A stretch of 64,000 bases of DNA from Verrucomicrobiota bacterium (GCA_022711435.1 JAKLFB010000013.1:74041-138040); one strand, 5' to 3'; shown: positions 37,527 through 47,551, numbered from the stretch's first letter. Notes: generated by a model from the sequence alone, not told the origin. Numbers and translations are program-made.

Positions 37527-38501
37527 GCGGCGATCGAAGTCGAGCGACTGGGGAGGGTGTTTCGGACCTACAAGAAGCAGCCGGGCTTTTGGGGGGCGGT
37601 GCGGGGGCTGGGGCGGCGCCGTTATGAGTCGGTGTGGGCGGTTCGGGAGGCGAGCTTCACGCTGGAGGAGGGCGAGCTGGTGGGATTTCTGGGGCCGAAC
37701 GGCGCCGGCAAGACGACGACCCTGAAGATGCTGGCGGGGCTTCTGCATCCGAGCACGGGGCAGGCGCGGGTGCTGGGGCACGTGCCCTGGGAGCGCCGGG
37801 AGGCCTATCGGCGGCAATTCGCGCTGGTCCTGGGCCAGAAGAACCAGATGTGGTGGGATCTGCCGGCCCGGGAGTCGCTCGAGCTGAACCGGACCATTTA
37901 CGAGATCCCGCGGGACCGTTTTCGGAGGACGGTGGAGGAGCTGACGGCGCTGCTGGAGGTGGAGGATCAGCTGGACGTGATGGTGCGCGAGCTCTCGCTG
38001 GGGGAGCGGATGAAATTCGAGCTGATCGCGGCGCTGCTGCACCAGCCGCGCGTGCTGTTTCTGGACGAGCCGACGATCGGTTTGGACGTGGTATCGCAGC
38101 ACAAGATCCGGTCGTTTCTTGGCCGGCACAACCGGGAGCACGGGACGACCGTCTTGCTGACGAGCCACTACATGGCGGACATCGAGGAGCTGTGCCGGCG
38201 GGTGATCATCATCAACCACGGCGCGGTGACGTTCGACGGGCTGCTGAGCGAGGTGATCGACCGGTTTGCGGATGACAAGCTGGTGACGATCCATCTGGGG
38301 ACGGATGGCGGGGGTGGGTTGGCGGGGCTGGACGGATACGGGGAGGTGATCGAGGCGGGGCCGGCGCGGGTGCGTCTGCGGGTGAGGCGGGACCGGGTGA
38401 TTGAGGTGTGCAAGGCATTGCTCGATGGCCTGCCGGTGCGGGACATCGACATCGAGGAGATACCGATCGAGGAGGCGATCCGGCGGGTGTTTGGGGCGTA
38501 G
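37527..38501 (+). CDS. ABC transporter ATP-binding protein (no permease adjacent).
   Basis: Walker A GPNGAGKTT, signature LSLGERMK and Walker B VLFLDEPT are present. Confidence 0.85.
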   Translation, partial: AAIEVERLGRVFRTYKKQPGFWGAVRGLGRRRYESVWAVREASFTLEEGELVGFLGPNGAGKTTTLKMLAGLLHPSTGQARVLGHVPWERREAYRRQFALVLGQKNQMWWDLPARESLELNRTIYEIPRDRFRRTVEELTALLEVEDQLDVMVRELSLGERMKFELIAALLHQPRVLFLDEPTIGLDVVSQHKIRSFLGRHNREHGTTVLLTSHYMADIEELCRRVIIINHGAVTFDGLLSEVIDRFADDKLVTIHLGTDGGGGLAGLDGYGEVIEAGPARVRLRVRRDRVIEVCKALLDGLPVRDIDIEEIPIEEAIRRVFGA

Positions 38502-38627
38502 AGGGGCCGGTTTTGCTTGCGCGGTGTTTTAGGGAGGGACTACGGTGGCGGGGACGAAGATGGGCCGGCCACCCAGGCGCGCATCGGAGGGGGTGGGCTG
38601 GCGGATCGGCGTCCATTGATCCAACGG

Positions 38628-39413
38628 GTGAAGATCCTATTTATTGGCGACGTGGTGGGGGAGCCGGGCCGGCGGGCGGTGGCGGGGCTCGCGGCGAAGC
38701 TGCGGGCGAGGATGGGGGCGGATGTGGTGGTGGCGAACGGGGAGAATGCGGCGGGGGGGGCGGGCATCACGCGGAACACGGCGCGGGAGCTGTTTGCGGC
38801 TGGGGTGGACATCATCACGACGGGCGACCACATCTGGGATCAGAAGGAGGCGGCGCAGCTGCTGCCGGAGGAGCCGCGGCTGTTGCGGCCGGCCAACTAT
38901 CCGGCGGGGACGCCGGGCCAGGGCTCGGTGGTCTGGCCATCGGAGGGATCGGCCATTCTGGCGGTGATCAACCTGCAGGGCCGGGTCTTCATGCCGGCGA
39001 TGGACGATCCGTTTCGAGCGGCGCGGGATGAAGTGGCCCGGGCGCGGTCCTACACGTCGACGATCCTGGTGGATTTCCATGCGGAGGCGACCTCGGAAAA
39101 GATCGCGCTGGCGCGCTGGCTGGATGGGCAGGTGAGCGCGGTGATCGGGACGCACACGCATGTGCAGACGGCGGACGAGCAGGTCATGCCCGGCGGGACG
39201 GCCTTCTTGTGCGACGCGGGGTTTACGGGGCCGCACGATGGGGTGATCGGGCGGGAGGCGGCTCCGGTGATCGAGCGGTTCCTGACGGGGATGCCGCGGC
39301 GGTTCGAGGTGGCGCGCGGGCGCGTGCATCTGCAGGGTGCGCTGATCGATGTGGACGAGGCGACCGGGCGCGCGCGGGCGATCGAGCGGGTGTCGGAGCC
39401 GCTGGGCGGGTGA
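38628..39413 (+). CDS. YmdB-like metallophosphoesterase (TIGR00282 family).
   Basis: It starts at GTG with VKILFIGDVVGEPGRRAV. The motifs GENAAGG and GDHIWD are present. Confidence 0.75.
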   Translation: MKILFIGDVVGEPGRRAVAGLAAKLRARMGADVVVANGENAAGGAGITRNTARELFAAGVDIITTGDHIWDQKEAAQLLPEEPRLLRPANYPAGTPGQGSVVWPSEGSAILAVINLQGRVFMPAMDDPFRAARDEVARARSYTSTILVDFHAEATSEKIALARWLDGQVSAVIGTHTHVQTADEQVMPGGTAFLCDAGFTGPHDGVIGREAAPVIERFLTGMPRRFEVARGRVHLQGALIDVDEATGRARAIERVSEPLGG

Positions 39414-39417
39414 GGTC

Positions 39418-40830
39418 ATGGGCCGCTCGAGCACATCGCCGTGGGATTTCGGCGAGCTGTTCCCGGCGTCGGCGGGCCGCCGGGTCTATACGGTGTCGGA
39501 GCTGACGGGGGACGTCCGGCGGTTGCTCGAGCGGCATGTGGGTCGGGTGTGGGTGAGCGGGGAGGTTTCGAACGTGCGCGCACAGAGCTCGGGCCACATC
39601 TACTTCACCCTGAAGGATGCGGGCGCGCAACTGGCGTGCGTGCTGTTTCGGGGGGAGACATCGGTTCGGCGGGAGTGTTTGCAGGACGGGCGCAAAGTGG
39701 TGGCGCACGGGGAGGTGACGGTGTATGAGCCGCGGGGCCAGTATCAGCTGCGGGTTCTGGCAGTCGAGGAGCAGGGGTGGGGGGCTTTGCAGGCGGCGTA
39801 CGAGCGGCTGAAACGGAAGCTGCAGGCGGAGGGGTTGTTCGACGGGGCGCGGAAGCGGCCCTTGCCCCGTTTCTGCAGGCGGATCGGGGTGGTGACGTCG
39901 CCGACGGGGGCGGCGCTGCGGGATGTGGTGCATGTGATCGGGCGGCGCCAGCCGTTTCTGGAGATTGTCCTGGCGGCGTGCCGGGTGCAGGGCGAAGGGG
40001 CGGCGGCGGAGGTGGCCTCGGCGATCGCGGCTTTGAACCAGTGGGCGTCGGGCACGGAGGGGGTGGCGCGGGGCGGGCTGGATCTGATCCTGGTGACTCG
40101 GGGCGGGGGGAGCCTGGAGGATTTGTGGGCATTCAACGAAGAGTCGGTGGCGCGGGCGATCGTTGCTTCCAGCATCCCGGTGGTGTCGGCGGTGGGGCAC
40201 GAGATTGATTTCACGATCAGCGACGGGGTGGCGGACATGCGGGCGGCGACGCCGAGCGCGGCGGCAGAGCTGATCACCGAGGGAGTGCACTCGAGCCGCT
40301 CCTGGGTGGAGGGGGCAGGTCGGCGGATGGCCGTGCTGGCGAGCCAGCGGGTGGGGCGGGAGCGGAGCCAGTGGTCCGAGTGGCAGGCGCGACTGGTGCG
40401 GCGGCATCCGCGCCGGGTATTGGGCGATCGGTATCAGCGCTGGGACGACGTGGTGGGGCGATTGGCGCAAGGGATGCGGTATGGGATTCGAGAGCGGCGG
40501 TCGCAGGTGCAGGAGTGGGGATATCGGCTGCGGGCCTGCCGGCCGAGCCAGATTCTGGCGGATCGGCGCCAGCAGTGGCGGGAGCTGGTCCGGCGCCTGG
40601 TCGGAGAAGCGAAGGAGAAGGCTCGCCGGGCTCGGACCGGCTGGGATCAGGCGCGAATCCGGCTGGGCTTGCTTTCGCCCGAATGCGTGCTGGCGCGAGG
40701 GTATTCGATCACGCGGGATGCGCTGACGAACGCGATCATCCGGCGAGCAGATCAGGTCAAGCCAGGGCAGCGGCTGGCGACCCGTTTAAGCAAGGGGGAG
40801 ATCCGGAGTGTGGCGGAGGAGCAGGGGTGA
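39418..40830 (+). CDS. xseA: Exodeoxyribonuclease VII large subunit.
   Basis: An OB-fold N-terminus (VWVSGEVSNVRAQSSGHIYFTLKD) and the catalytic region RIGVVTSPTGAALRDV...RGGGSLEDLWAFNEE are present. Confidence 0.85.
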   Translation: MGRSSTSPWDFGELFPASAGRRVYTVSELTGDVRRLLERHVGRVWVSGEVSNVRAQSSGHIYFTLKDAGAQLACVLFRGETSVRRECLQDGRKVVAHGEVTVYEPRGQYQLRVLAVEEQGWGALQAAYERLKRKLQAEGLFDGARKRPLPRFCRRIGVVTSPTGAALRDVVHVIGRRQPFLEIVLAACRVQGEGAAAEVASAIAALNQWASGTEGVARGGLDLILVTRGGGSLEDLWAFNEESVARAIVASSIPVVSAVGHEIDFTISDGVADMRAATPSAAAELITEGVHSSRSWVEGAGRRMAVLASQRVGRERSQWSEWQARLVRRHPRRVLGDRYQRWDDVVGRLAQGMRYGIRERRSQVQEWGYRLRACRPSQILADRRQQWRELVRRLVGEAKEKARRARTGWDQARIRLGLLSPECVLARGYSITRDALTNAIIRRADQVKPGQRLATRLSKGEIRSVAEEQG

Positions 40831-40957
40831 CGGGCCTGGCATGGGCGCCGGGCAGGTGAGCTGCATCTCGGTGAAGAGATCCGGCTGGGGTGAGCCGGGC
40901 TGGCCTCGGCGGGATTTCGAAATGCGCCTCTGAACACGAGCCTGTCGATCGCGGCCA

Positions 40958-42127
40958 TCAGCGGGCGCCGTCGACCACCTGGCAGACGATCGGCTCGAGG
41001 CGATGGCCGGATTGGCGCTCGTATTCCCGGGCGATGGTGTGGCAGAAGGCGGGGGTGTGGGCGCGCTGGACGAGGTTGAGCGTGGCGCCGCCGAAGCCGC
41101 CGCCGGACAGGCGGGCGCCGAGGCAGCCGGGCAGGGGGCGGGCCAGGGCGACGAGCAGGTCGAGCTCGGGGCAGCTGTTCTGGAAATGGAGGCGCGAGCT
41201 TTCGTGGCTGTCGAACATGAGCTGGCCGAAGCGATCGACGTTGCCGGACTGGAGGAAGCTCGAGCCGAGCTCGACCCGCCGGTTTTCGCCGACGATGTGC
41301 ATGGCGCAGGCGAGCTCGCGCGGGGCCAGGCGGGGGCGGGCGGCGGCGACGGATTCGGGGGTGGCGTCGCGGAGGGCTGGGACGCCCAGGATGCGGGCGG
41401 CGGCCTCGCACTGGCGGCGGCGCTCGTTGTATTCGCCGGCGACGAGGGCATGTTTGACGCCGGAGGGGCAGACGACGGCATCGAGCCCATCGGCCAGGGG
41501 CAGATGATCGATGGCGAGCGAGCGGCAGTCGATCCGGATGGCGTGGCCGGCCCTGCCGAAGAGGGAGGAGATCTGATCGAGCAAGCCGCACTGGACTCCG
41601 ACGAAGCGGTTCTCGGCGGCCTGGCAGAGGCGGGCCAGCTCGAGCCGTTCGGTGCCGTCGCCGGTGTCGGGGCTCGAGGGGGCTGGGGTCAGGCGATAGG
41701 GGAAGAGCTTGCGAAGGACCAGGGCGGTGGAGACCTCGAGGGCGGCGGAGCTGCTGAGGCCCGCGCCGATCGGGAGGGTGCCATGGATGGCCGCCTGAAA
41801 TCCGCCGAGGGAGATGTGACGTTCCAGCAACTGCTCGAGCACGCCTTGGACGTAGCTGGTCCAGGGGCTTTCCGGCTGGGGGCGGAGGGCGTCGAGGGAG
41901 AATCGGGCCATTTCGGGGAACGCGGAGCTGACCAGCTCGACCGTGGGATCCTGGCGGGGGGCAGCGGCGATCGAGATGTGGCGGTTGATGGCCAGGGCCA
42001 GCACCAACCCATCATTGTAATCGGTGTGATTGCCCAGCAGCTCGAGCCGGCCGGGGGCGGTGGATTCGGCGATGGGATCGCGGCCGAAGCGGCGGCGAAA
42101 CAAATCGGAGGCGGATGTGATCTGCAT
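40958..42127 (-). CDS. galK: Galactokinase (GHMP kinase).
   Basis: The motifs PGRLELLGNHTDYNDG, GAGLSSSAALEV and C-terminal LSGGGFGGATL are present. Confidence 0.85.
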   Translation of the reverse strand: MQITSASDLFRRRFGRDPIAESTAPGRLELLGNHTDYNDGLVLALAINRHISIAAAPRQDPTVELVSSAFPEMARFSLDALRPQPESPWTSYVQGVLEQLLERHISLGGFQAAIHGTLPIGAGLSSSAALEVSTALVLRKLFPYRLTPAPSSPDTGDGTERLELARLCQAAENRFVGVQCGLLDQISSLFGRAGHAIRIDCRSLAIDHLPLADGLDAVVCPSGVKHALVAGEYNERRRQCEAAARILGVPALRDATPESVAAARPRLAPRELACAMHIVGENRRVELGSSFLQSGNVDRFGQLMFDSHESSRLHFQNSCPELDLLVALARPLPGCLGARLSGGGFGGATLNLVQRAHTPAFCHTIAREYERQSGHRLEPIVCQVVDGAR

Positions 42128-42153
42128 GGGTATTGGACAGGGGAGAGGAGCGG

Positions 42154-42678
42154 TCAGGGCGCCAGCCAGCGGAAGGGAGCGACGGGCAGATTGCGGAGGA
42201 CGCCGAAACCCATCACGATGGCCGTGAGCCACCAGAGGGCGGCATTGGGATGGCGGCGGAATTTCGAGGCCAACCACGAATCGGATCTGAAGATCGTCCG
42301 GGATTGGAGTGAGGAGCCGCGGGCTCGGCTCGGAGATCCGCGCTCACACGATCCGAGGCCGTCTGCTGGATGCATCAGGGATCGCCCGAAAACGGGATGA
42401 GCGCGCCATGCGAGCCAGGAGGCGATCAGGGGCATGGCCGCGAGCGAGCTCAGGAGGAGCGCATTGGCCTGGAAGGCGGCCTGGAGCTGGCCATGGAGCA
42501 GCAGGTGAATGGCTCTCAACGAGCCGCATCCTGGGCAGAGGCAGCCGGAGATCTGATGGAACATGCAGCGGGGGTAGAACGGCCATTCGACGGGGGGGAA
42601 GCGATAGAGCGTCCAGGCTGCGGCGGCGCTGGCGGCTGCGAAGATCAACGCCAAGCCGATCCAGCCGAGGCGTTTCAT
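42154..42678 (-). CDS. DUF2752-like membrane protein with a CxxC pair.
   Basis: The CPGCGSLRA motif sits between transmembrane helices. Confidence 0.55.
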   Translation of the reverse strand: MKRLGWIGLALIFAAASAAAAWTLYRFPPVEWPFYPRCMFHQISGCLCPGCGSLRAIHLLLHGQLQAAFQANALLLSSLAAMPLIASWLAWRAHPVFGRSLMHPADGLGSCERGSPSRARGSSLQSRTIFRSDSWLASKFRRHPNAALWWLTAIVMGFGVLRNLPVAPFRWLAP

Positions 42679-43175
42679 CGGAGGAACTCCTCGAGGACGC
42701 GCCGGGTGACGCCGGAGGCGGTGAGCAGGGCGGAGAAGATGAACCCGGTGACGGCAATGATGATGCCGGCGACAGCGAAGGCTTTGCCGCCTTCGGTGGC
42801 GGGGTTGTTATTGATCTGGACCAGAGCGACGACGGAGAAGATGAGGCCGAGGCTGCAAATGAGCGGCGGGCAGCATCCGAGCCCGAGGGCGCTGAGGACC
42901 AGGCCAGTGATCGCGAGGCTGTTGGTGCGCGGCGGAGCGGGCGGGGAGTGGAGGGGCGGAGCGGTGCGGAAGGATCCTGCGGGGGGCGGCGAGGGCGTGG
43001 GCGGCTGGAAGAGGTCGGCGAACTCAGGGATGGAGCCGAGGGGTTTCCATCCGCCTTGGCCGCCGATCTGGACGAGAGTCTGTGCGTTGGCGCGATTCTG
43101 CTCGATCCATTGGCGGAGCATCTCCGCCGGCACAGGTCCGTACTCCTTATGGTCGGCCCCGATGATTCGATACAT
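42675..43175 (-). CDS. DUF4339 (GYF-like) N-terminal domain protein with a C-terminal membrane domain.
   Basis: The N-terminus MYRIIGADHKEYGPVPAEMLRQWI is followed by a Pro-rich linker and a transmembrane region. It overlaps the downstream gene by 4 nt. Confidence 0.55.
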   Translation of the reverse strand: MYRIIGADHKEYGPVPAEMLRQWIEQNRANAQTLVQIGGQGGWKPLGSIPEFADLFQPPTPSPPPAGSFRTAPPLHSPPAPPRTNSLAITGLVLSALGLGCCPPLICSLGLIFSVVALVQINNNPATEGGKAFAVAGIIIAVTGFIFSALLTASGVTRRVLEEFLR

Positions 43176-43227
43176 GATCGGAACCTGACGGAAATCCGCG
43201 GGAGCGTCAAGACTCGGGGACAGGGGA

Positions 43228-45339
43228 TCAGGTTGCGGTTTCGAACACGACGATCTGATGGCCGCGGACCTCGGGCACGGCGACGCAGGCGTAGCCGTCG
43301 CGGTAGCTGAGGGGGAGGGGCTGGCGCTGGGGGGCGAGGTAGGCTCGGGCGGGGGCGCGATCCAGGCGAAGAGCCAGATCGATGTTCACCAGAGGGATAA
43401 CATCTTCGACGATATCCAGGTCAGGAGCGCGCCGTTCGGCGGGGTAGTGGAGGAGATGGACCATCTGGCGGCCGGGCTGTTGGGTGACGGTGACGTGGGC
43501 GGTGGAAGGAGCCGAGCAGCGGACGAGGGGGTGAGGGAGCAGGCGCCGCAGGCAGGCGGCGGCCAGGAGCTTGTCGAACTGGCGGCTGTGGCGCGCGTAG
43601 GCGCGAAACACGGGCATCGAGAGGTAGATGACGGGTCCGCGCTCGGTGATGGCGGCGAACTCGGTGGGGCGGGAGACGGGGGTTTGCCGGTGCGAGCTGA
43701 AGTGGAGGTAATTGCGATCGAAGTAGGATTGCCAGAGGCGCGCGAGGATGCGCGTGCCGGTTTGGGGGGAGACATGGACGGCGGGCTCGTAACTGACCTG
43801 AATCATGCCGGACAGATCGGGGTCGAGATCGGGCAAGGCCTCGACATATTCGGTCTGGTCGGCGGCGGGGCCGTGGTAATCGAGCCCGAGCTGGGGCAGG
43901 GCGAAACCGAGGCCGTCGGGATCGAGACCGGACTGATGGCTGAGGAGCAATTTGCCGCCCTGGCGGAGGTAATCCTGGAGGCGGCCGCGCTGGGCGGCGT
44001 CGAGCCGGTGAGAATCGGGGAGGATGAGGACGGGATAGGGCTGGAGGTCGGCGGACGGGTCGAGGGCATCGAACTGCTGGTGCAGCTGGATGAGCATGCG
44101 GGCGGCGCCCTGGTCGGATTCGGCCAGGGCGATGGGGAGGCGGTCGGGGGTGGCGAGCCAGAGGCCGATTTCGGTTCGAGGGCGGGCATTTTGGCACCAG
44201 GGCTCTTTGTCGGCGACGCTGCGGTAGGTGCGGCCGATGCGCTGGTAGACGGCGGGATCGAGCCGGCCGCGGGGGTGGAGCTGGTCGCCGATCGAGCAAA
44301 GGGCGCCCTGGGCGAGCATGGAGAAGCACTCGTAATCGAGGGCGGCCTGGTTGCGGATGGTGCCGAAGTCGCCCCAGCTTCGATGGAACCGGCCCGTCAT
44401 GCCGACGATGGGACGGCCGAGGGTGCGGGCGTGGCGGGACATGATCTGGAAGTGCAGGTAGCCCCAAGCGCCGCCGGGGAGGGATTCGAGCTCGAGATGC
44501 GTGAAATGTTCAAGCTCGGAGCGGATGCCGGGGCGCGTGCGCGAGTTGAAGAAGATGCCGGCTCGAGGGCGGTGTTGGCGCACGATCGACGCGAGCCGTT
44601 TCATGCCGGTCTGGATGGCCTCGAGGGCATGCTGGCGGCGGTGATCGGGCTGGGCGGGATCGCGTCCCTGGCGGAGGAGATCCTGCCGGCAATGGGGGCA
44701 GAGGCAGCCAGAGTCCGAGCATCGCATGATGTCAAAGAAGAGGCCGTCGGCATCGTAGCCGCGGACGAGCTCCTCGGTCTGGGCGGCGAGGTAATCCATG
44801 TACGGGGTGTGGAGGCAGAGGCGGCGCCAGCCGGCCTGGAGCGGGCCGGGCCCGTCGGGCCTGCCCGATTCGTCGCGCACGAGCCAGTCCGGGTGGAGAT
44901 CGGCCATGGCTTCATCCCAGGCGGCGCTCATGTAGACGGGGGTTTGGATGCCGGCGCGGCGGCATGCCTCGATCGTTTCGCCGAGCAGGTCGAAGGAGAG
45001 ATGGGGGTGGCGGACGCCGACTTTGGTGGGGTAGTAGGACATGCCGTGGTGGCATTTGGCGAAGACGGTCACCGAGTTGACAGAGGCCTCCTTCAGGATC
45101 TGGACGAACTCCTCGGGATCGAAATCGGCGCCGATCTCGGGGATGAGCGGCGAGGTATGGAAATCGAGATGGACCTGGCGGAAAGGGAGGAGGAACGGGG
45201 CGGAGGGAGCGGGCGCAGAGTTCGGCGCGGGCAGGTTCGGGGCGGCCTGGGCAGCCTTGGCGACTGAGCGGGAGCCGGACAGGGCGAGAGCGCCGCCGCC
45301 GAGCGAGGCCAAAAAACCGCGGCGATTCAAGGGTTGCAT
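43228..45339 (-). CDS. TAT-secreted putative glycoside hydrolase (GH42/GHL6-like TIM barrel with a Cys cluster CSDSGCLCPHC).
   Basis: The TAT signal is MQPLNRRGFLASLGGGALAL. The start was set at Met183 of the track ORF. The family call is tentative. Confidence 0.55.
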   Translation of the reverse strand: MQPLNRRGFLASLGGGALALSGSRSVAKAAQAAPNLPAPNSAPAPSAPFLLPFRQVHLDFHTSPLIPEIGADFDPEEFVQILKEASVNSVTVFAKCHHGMSYYPTKVGVRHPHLSFDLLGETIEACRRAGIQTPVYMSAAWDEAMADLHPDWLVRDESGRPDGPGPLQAGWRRLCLHTPYMDYLAAQTEELVRGYDADGLFFDIMRCSDSGCLCPHCRQDLLRQGRDPAQPDHRRQHALEAIQTGMKRLASIVRQHRPRAGIFFNSRTRPGIRSELEHFTHLELESLPGGAWGYLHFQIMSRHARTLGRPIVGMTGRFHRSWGDFGTIRNQAALDYECFSMLAQGALCSIGDQLHPRGRLDPAVYQRIGRTYRSVADKEPWCQNARPRTEIGLWLATPDRLPIALAESDQGAARMLIQLHQQFDALDPSADLQPYPVLILPDSHRLDAAQRGRLQDYLRQGGKLLLSHQSGLDPDGLGFALPQLGLDYHGPAADQTEYVEALPDLDPDLSGMIQVSYEPAVHVSPQTGTRILARLWQSYFDRNYLHFSSHRQTPVSRPTEFAAITERGPVIYLSMPVFRAYARHSRQFDKLLAAACLRRLLPHPLVRCSAPSTAHVTVTQQPGRQMVHLLHYPAERRAPDLDIVEDVIPLVNIDLALRLDRAPARAYLAPQRQPLPLSYRDGYACVAVPEVRGHQIVVFETAT

Positions 45340-45689
45340 GGGCGAGCGGGATGGATTGGCGTTGGTCGAGGGTGGGGCGGGGGGCATGCACCGGGCATGC
45401 AGCGGGCTGATTTGAATGCCGGCGCACCACGCGCTGCGACGGGGGTCGTCGCCTCCGTCACCCGTCGGGCGCTTTGAACCGGCCCCGGAAAACGGGGAAA
45501 GCGACGCAGGCCGCCCGGAGGGAAGGGGTGGCCGTTCACGGGATCTGGAGGAGCGTGTGGGCGACGGCGGCGGGGACGGTTTGGGCGGCAAGGAACGCCG
45601 TGATCGGCAGAAAGAAACTGCAGGTCCAGTGCATGGCAAAGGAGTGTGCCTGCGGGTCGCTGGGCGCGCGAGCTGAAAAAGCGGGGAGA

Positions 45690-46484
45690 CTATGATTGCC
45701 GGGCGCGGACAGCGACCTGGAGGGCGCCGGGGACGGGTTCGGCGGATGCGACGATGAGGTAGCCGCCGCCGCAGCCGGAGAACATGGCGCCCGGGTAGCG
45801 TCGCTGGTAGGCCTGGAGAAGCGCCATGAGATCGATCCGGATGAGGGGGTGCCGGACGACGCGGGGTAGTAGGATCTCCCAGCATTTCATGTTGAGGTTG
45901 AGGGAGGCGCCGAGGGCATGGACATCGCGGCGGCGGATGGCGTCGAAGCAGTCGCGGCCTGACTGTCCGAGCCGGGCGATCCAGTGCGGGTCGAGGTTTT
46001 TGCGGCCGAGGGGCGAATAGCCGGCCGGCCGAGGCTCGACAGGCAGGAGATGGAGGACGCGCTCGAGCCAGCGGGCGGTGCGGGGATCGTTGAGGGATTC
46101 GATGCGGGCGGGGAACACGCCGCCTTCGACATCGAAGTCGTAATCGAGCCGGCTGATGCCGGGGTAGATGAGTCCGATCATGTCCTGGGAACCGCTGGGG
46201 CTGTTTTTGCCTTGGTTTTCAGCGGCATAGAGCTCGCGGACGAGCTGGGGCAGCGGGCGGCGGGGGATCCTGTTCTTCCACAGGCGGGCGGCGACGGCGC
46301 GGGTGCCGGTGGCGAGCCCGGAGCGGTCCATGGGGCGGAAATCGGGTTCGATCTGGACGACGACCATGGCGCCCGGGGGATGGGGATTGCGCCGGGAAAC
46401 GAACGGCTGGTCAATCCAGCCGCCAGCCAGCTGGAGGCGATAAGGAATGGGGCCGAGGGCGTGCCGGACGGGATTGCTCTTCAT
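45690..46484 (-). CDS. GHMP sugar kinase, HddA/fucokinase-like (short, 264 aa).
   Basis: GHMP motifs are present: RLQLAGGWIDQP, SGLATGTRAVAA and SGCGGGYLIV. Confidence 0.6.
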   Translation of the reverse strand: MKSNPVRHALGPIPYRLQLAGGWIDQPFVSRRNPHPPGAMVVVQIEPDFRPMDRSGLATGTRAVAARLWKNRIPRRPLPQLVRELYAAENQGKNSPSGSQDMIGLIYPGISRLDYDFDVEGGVFPARIESLNDPRTARWLERVLHLLPVEPRPAGYSPLGRKNLDPHWIARLGQSGRDCFDAIRRRDVHALGASLNLNMKCWEILLPRVVRHPLIRIDLMALLQAYQRRYPGAMFSGCGGGYLIVASAEPVPGALQVAVRARQS

Positions 46485-46492
46485 GGCGCGGC

Positions 46493-47551
46493 CTAGCCGA
46501 TGCCGACGCGGCGGCCCTGTTTGCGGATTGCGTATTGCTGTTTGATCCAGCGGTAGGTGATGGCAAGGCCCTTGTCGAGGGGCGTGCGGGGCTCCCAGCG
46601 GAGGACCTGTCGAATAAAGGTGTTATCGGAATTGCGGCCGGCGACGCCCTGGGGGGCGTGGAGATCGTAGGTGCGCTGGAGCTTGACTCCTGCGATCCTC
46701 TCGACCTTGGAGACGAGCGTGTTGATCGAGACCATCTCGGAGGAGCCGAGGTTGACGGGGGTGGCGATGAGGCGGTCGCAGTGGGTGATTTTGTCGATGC
46801 CCTGGACGCAGTCATCGATGAACATGAAGCTGCGGGTTTGCTCGCCGTTGCCCCAGATATCGATGCGGAGGTCGTTGTGATCGATGGCCTCGACGATCTT
46901 GCGGCAGATGGCGGCGGGGGCCTTTTCGCGGCCGCCGTCCCAGGTGCCGTGCGGGCCGTAGACGTTGTGGAACCGGGCGATGAAGGTCTTGAGGCCGCGC
47001 TCGTGCCAGTATTCCTGGCAGAACTGCTCGGAGATGAGCTTCTCCCAGCCGTAACCGCGCTCGGCCATGGCGGGGTAGGCGTCGGATTCCTTGAGGGCGC
47101 GGACGTTGGGATCCTGCTGGAGGGAGGTGTTGTAGGCGCACGCGGAGCTGGAATAGAAGTAGCGGCGGGCACCGGCGCGGCAGGCGGCTTCGACCATGTG
47201 CGTGTTGATGAGGATGGACCGGAGGCACTCGACGCGGAAGCGCTCGATGAACCCCATGCCGCCCATGTCGGCGGCCAGGTTGTAGACCTCGACAGCGCCT
47301 TCGCAGGCGCGCCGGCAGTTGTCCTCGAGGGAGAGATCGAGGCAGAGGCACTGGACGCCCGGGACGCGGAGGTACCATTCGTAGAGCGGTTTCTTGTCGA
47401 TGGCGCGAATCCGGGTGAATCCTTTCCGGGAGAAGTAGAGGGCCAGGTTGCCGGCGATGAACCCGCCGGCGCCGGTGATGATGATCCAGTCATCCTTCCG
47501 GAGCGGAGGGTCCTTTTCCACGGTCCGTTGGGCTGCGTGCATCGATGGCAT
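46493..47551 (-). CDS. GDP-mannose 3,5-epimerase-like NAD-dependent epimerase (SDR extended family).
   Basis: Blocks remembered from plant GME align strongly: IITGAGGFIAG, NLAADMGGMGFI, YSSSACAYN, RFHNVYGPHGTWDGGREKAPAAICRK, WGNGEQTRSF, GVAGRNSDN. Confidence 0.75.
   Translation of the reverse strand: MPSMHAAQRTVEKDPPLRKDDWIIITGAGGFIAGNLALYFSRKGFTRIRAIDKKPLYEWYLRVPGVQCLCLDLSLEDNCRRACEGAVEVYNLAADMGGMGFIERFRVECLRSILINTHMVEAACRAGARRYFYSSSACAYNTSLQQDPNVRALKESDAYPAMAERGYGWEKLISEQFCQEYWHERGLKTFIARFHNVYGPHGTWDGGREKAPAAICRKIVEAIDHNDLRIDIWGNGEQTRSFMFIDDCVQGIDKITHCDRLIATPVNLGSSEMVSINTLVSKVERIAGVKLQRTYDLHAPQGVAGRNSDNTFIRQVLRWEPRTPLDKGLAITYRWIKQQYAIRKQGRRVGIG

Noticed and set aside
36215-38294. Minus-strand ORFs 36215..37525 and 37425..38294 antisense to dnaA and the ABC ATPase
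   Set aside because: dnaA and the ABC signature motifs are unambiguous on the plus strand.
38637-41591. Minus-strand ORFs 38637..39434, 39223..40470, 40752..41591 and plus-strand 41003..42400
   Set aside because: They overlap ymdB-like, xseA and galK genes. They are proline/arginine-rich low complexity.
43258-45267. 669-aa plus-strand ORF and nested minus-strand ORFs inside the GH42-like hydrolase gene
   Set aside because: They are antisense or alternative frames, G/A/E/V/D-rich, without motifs.
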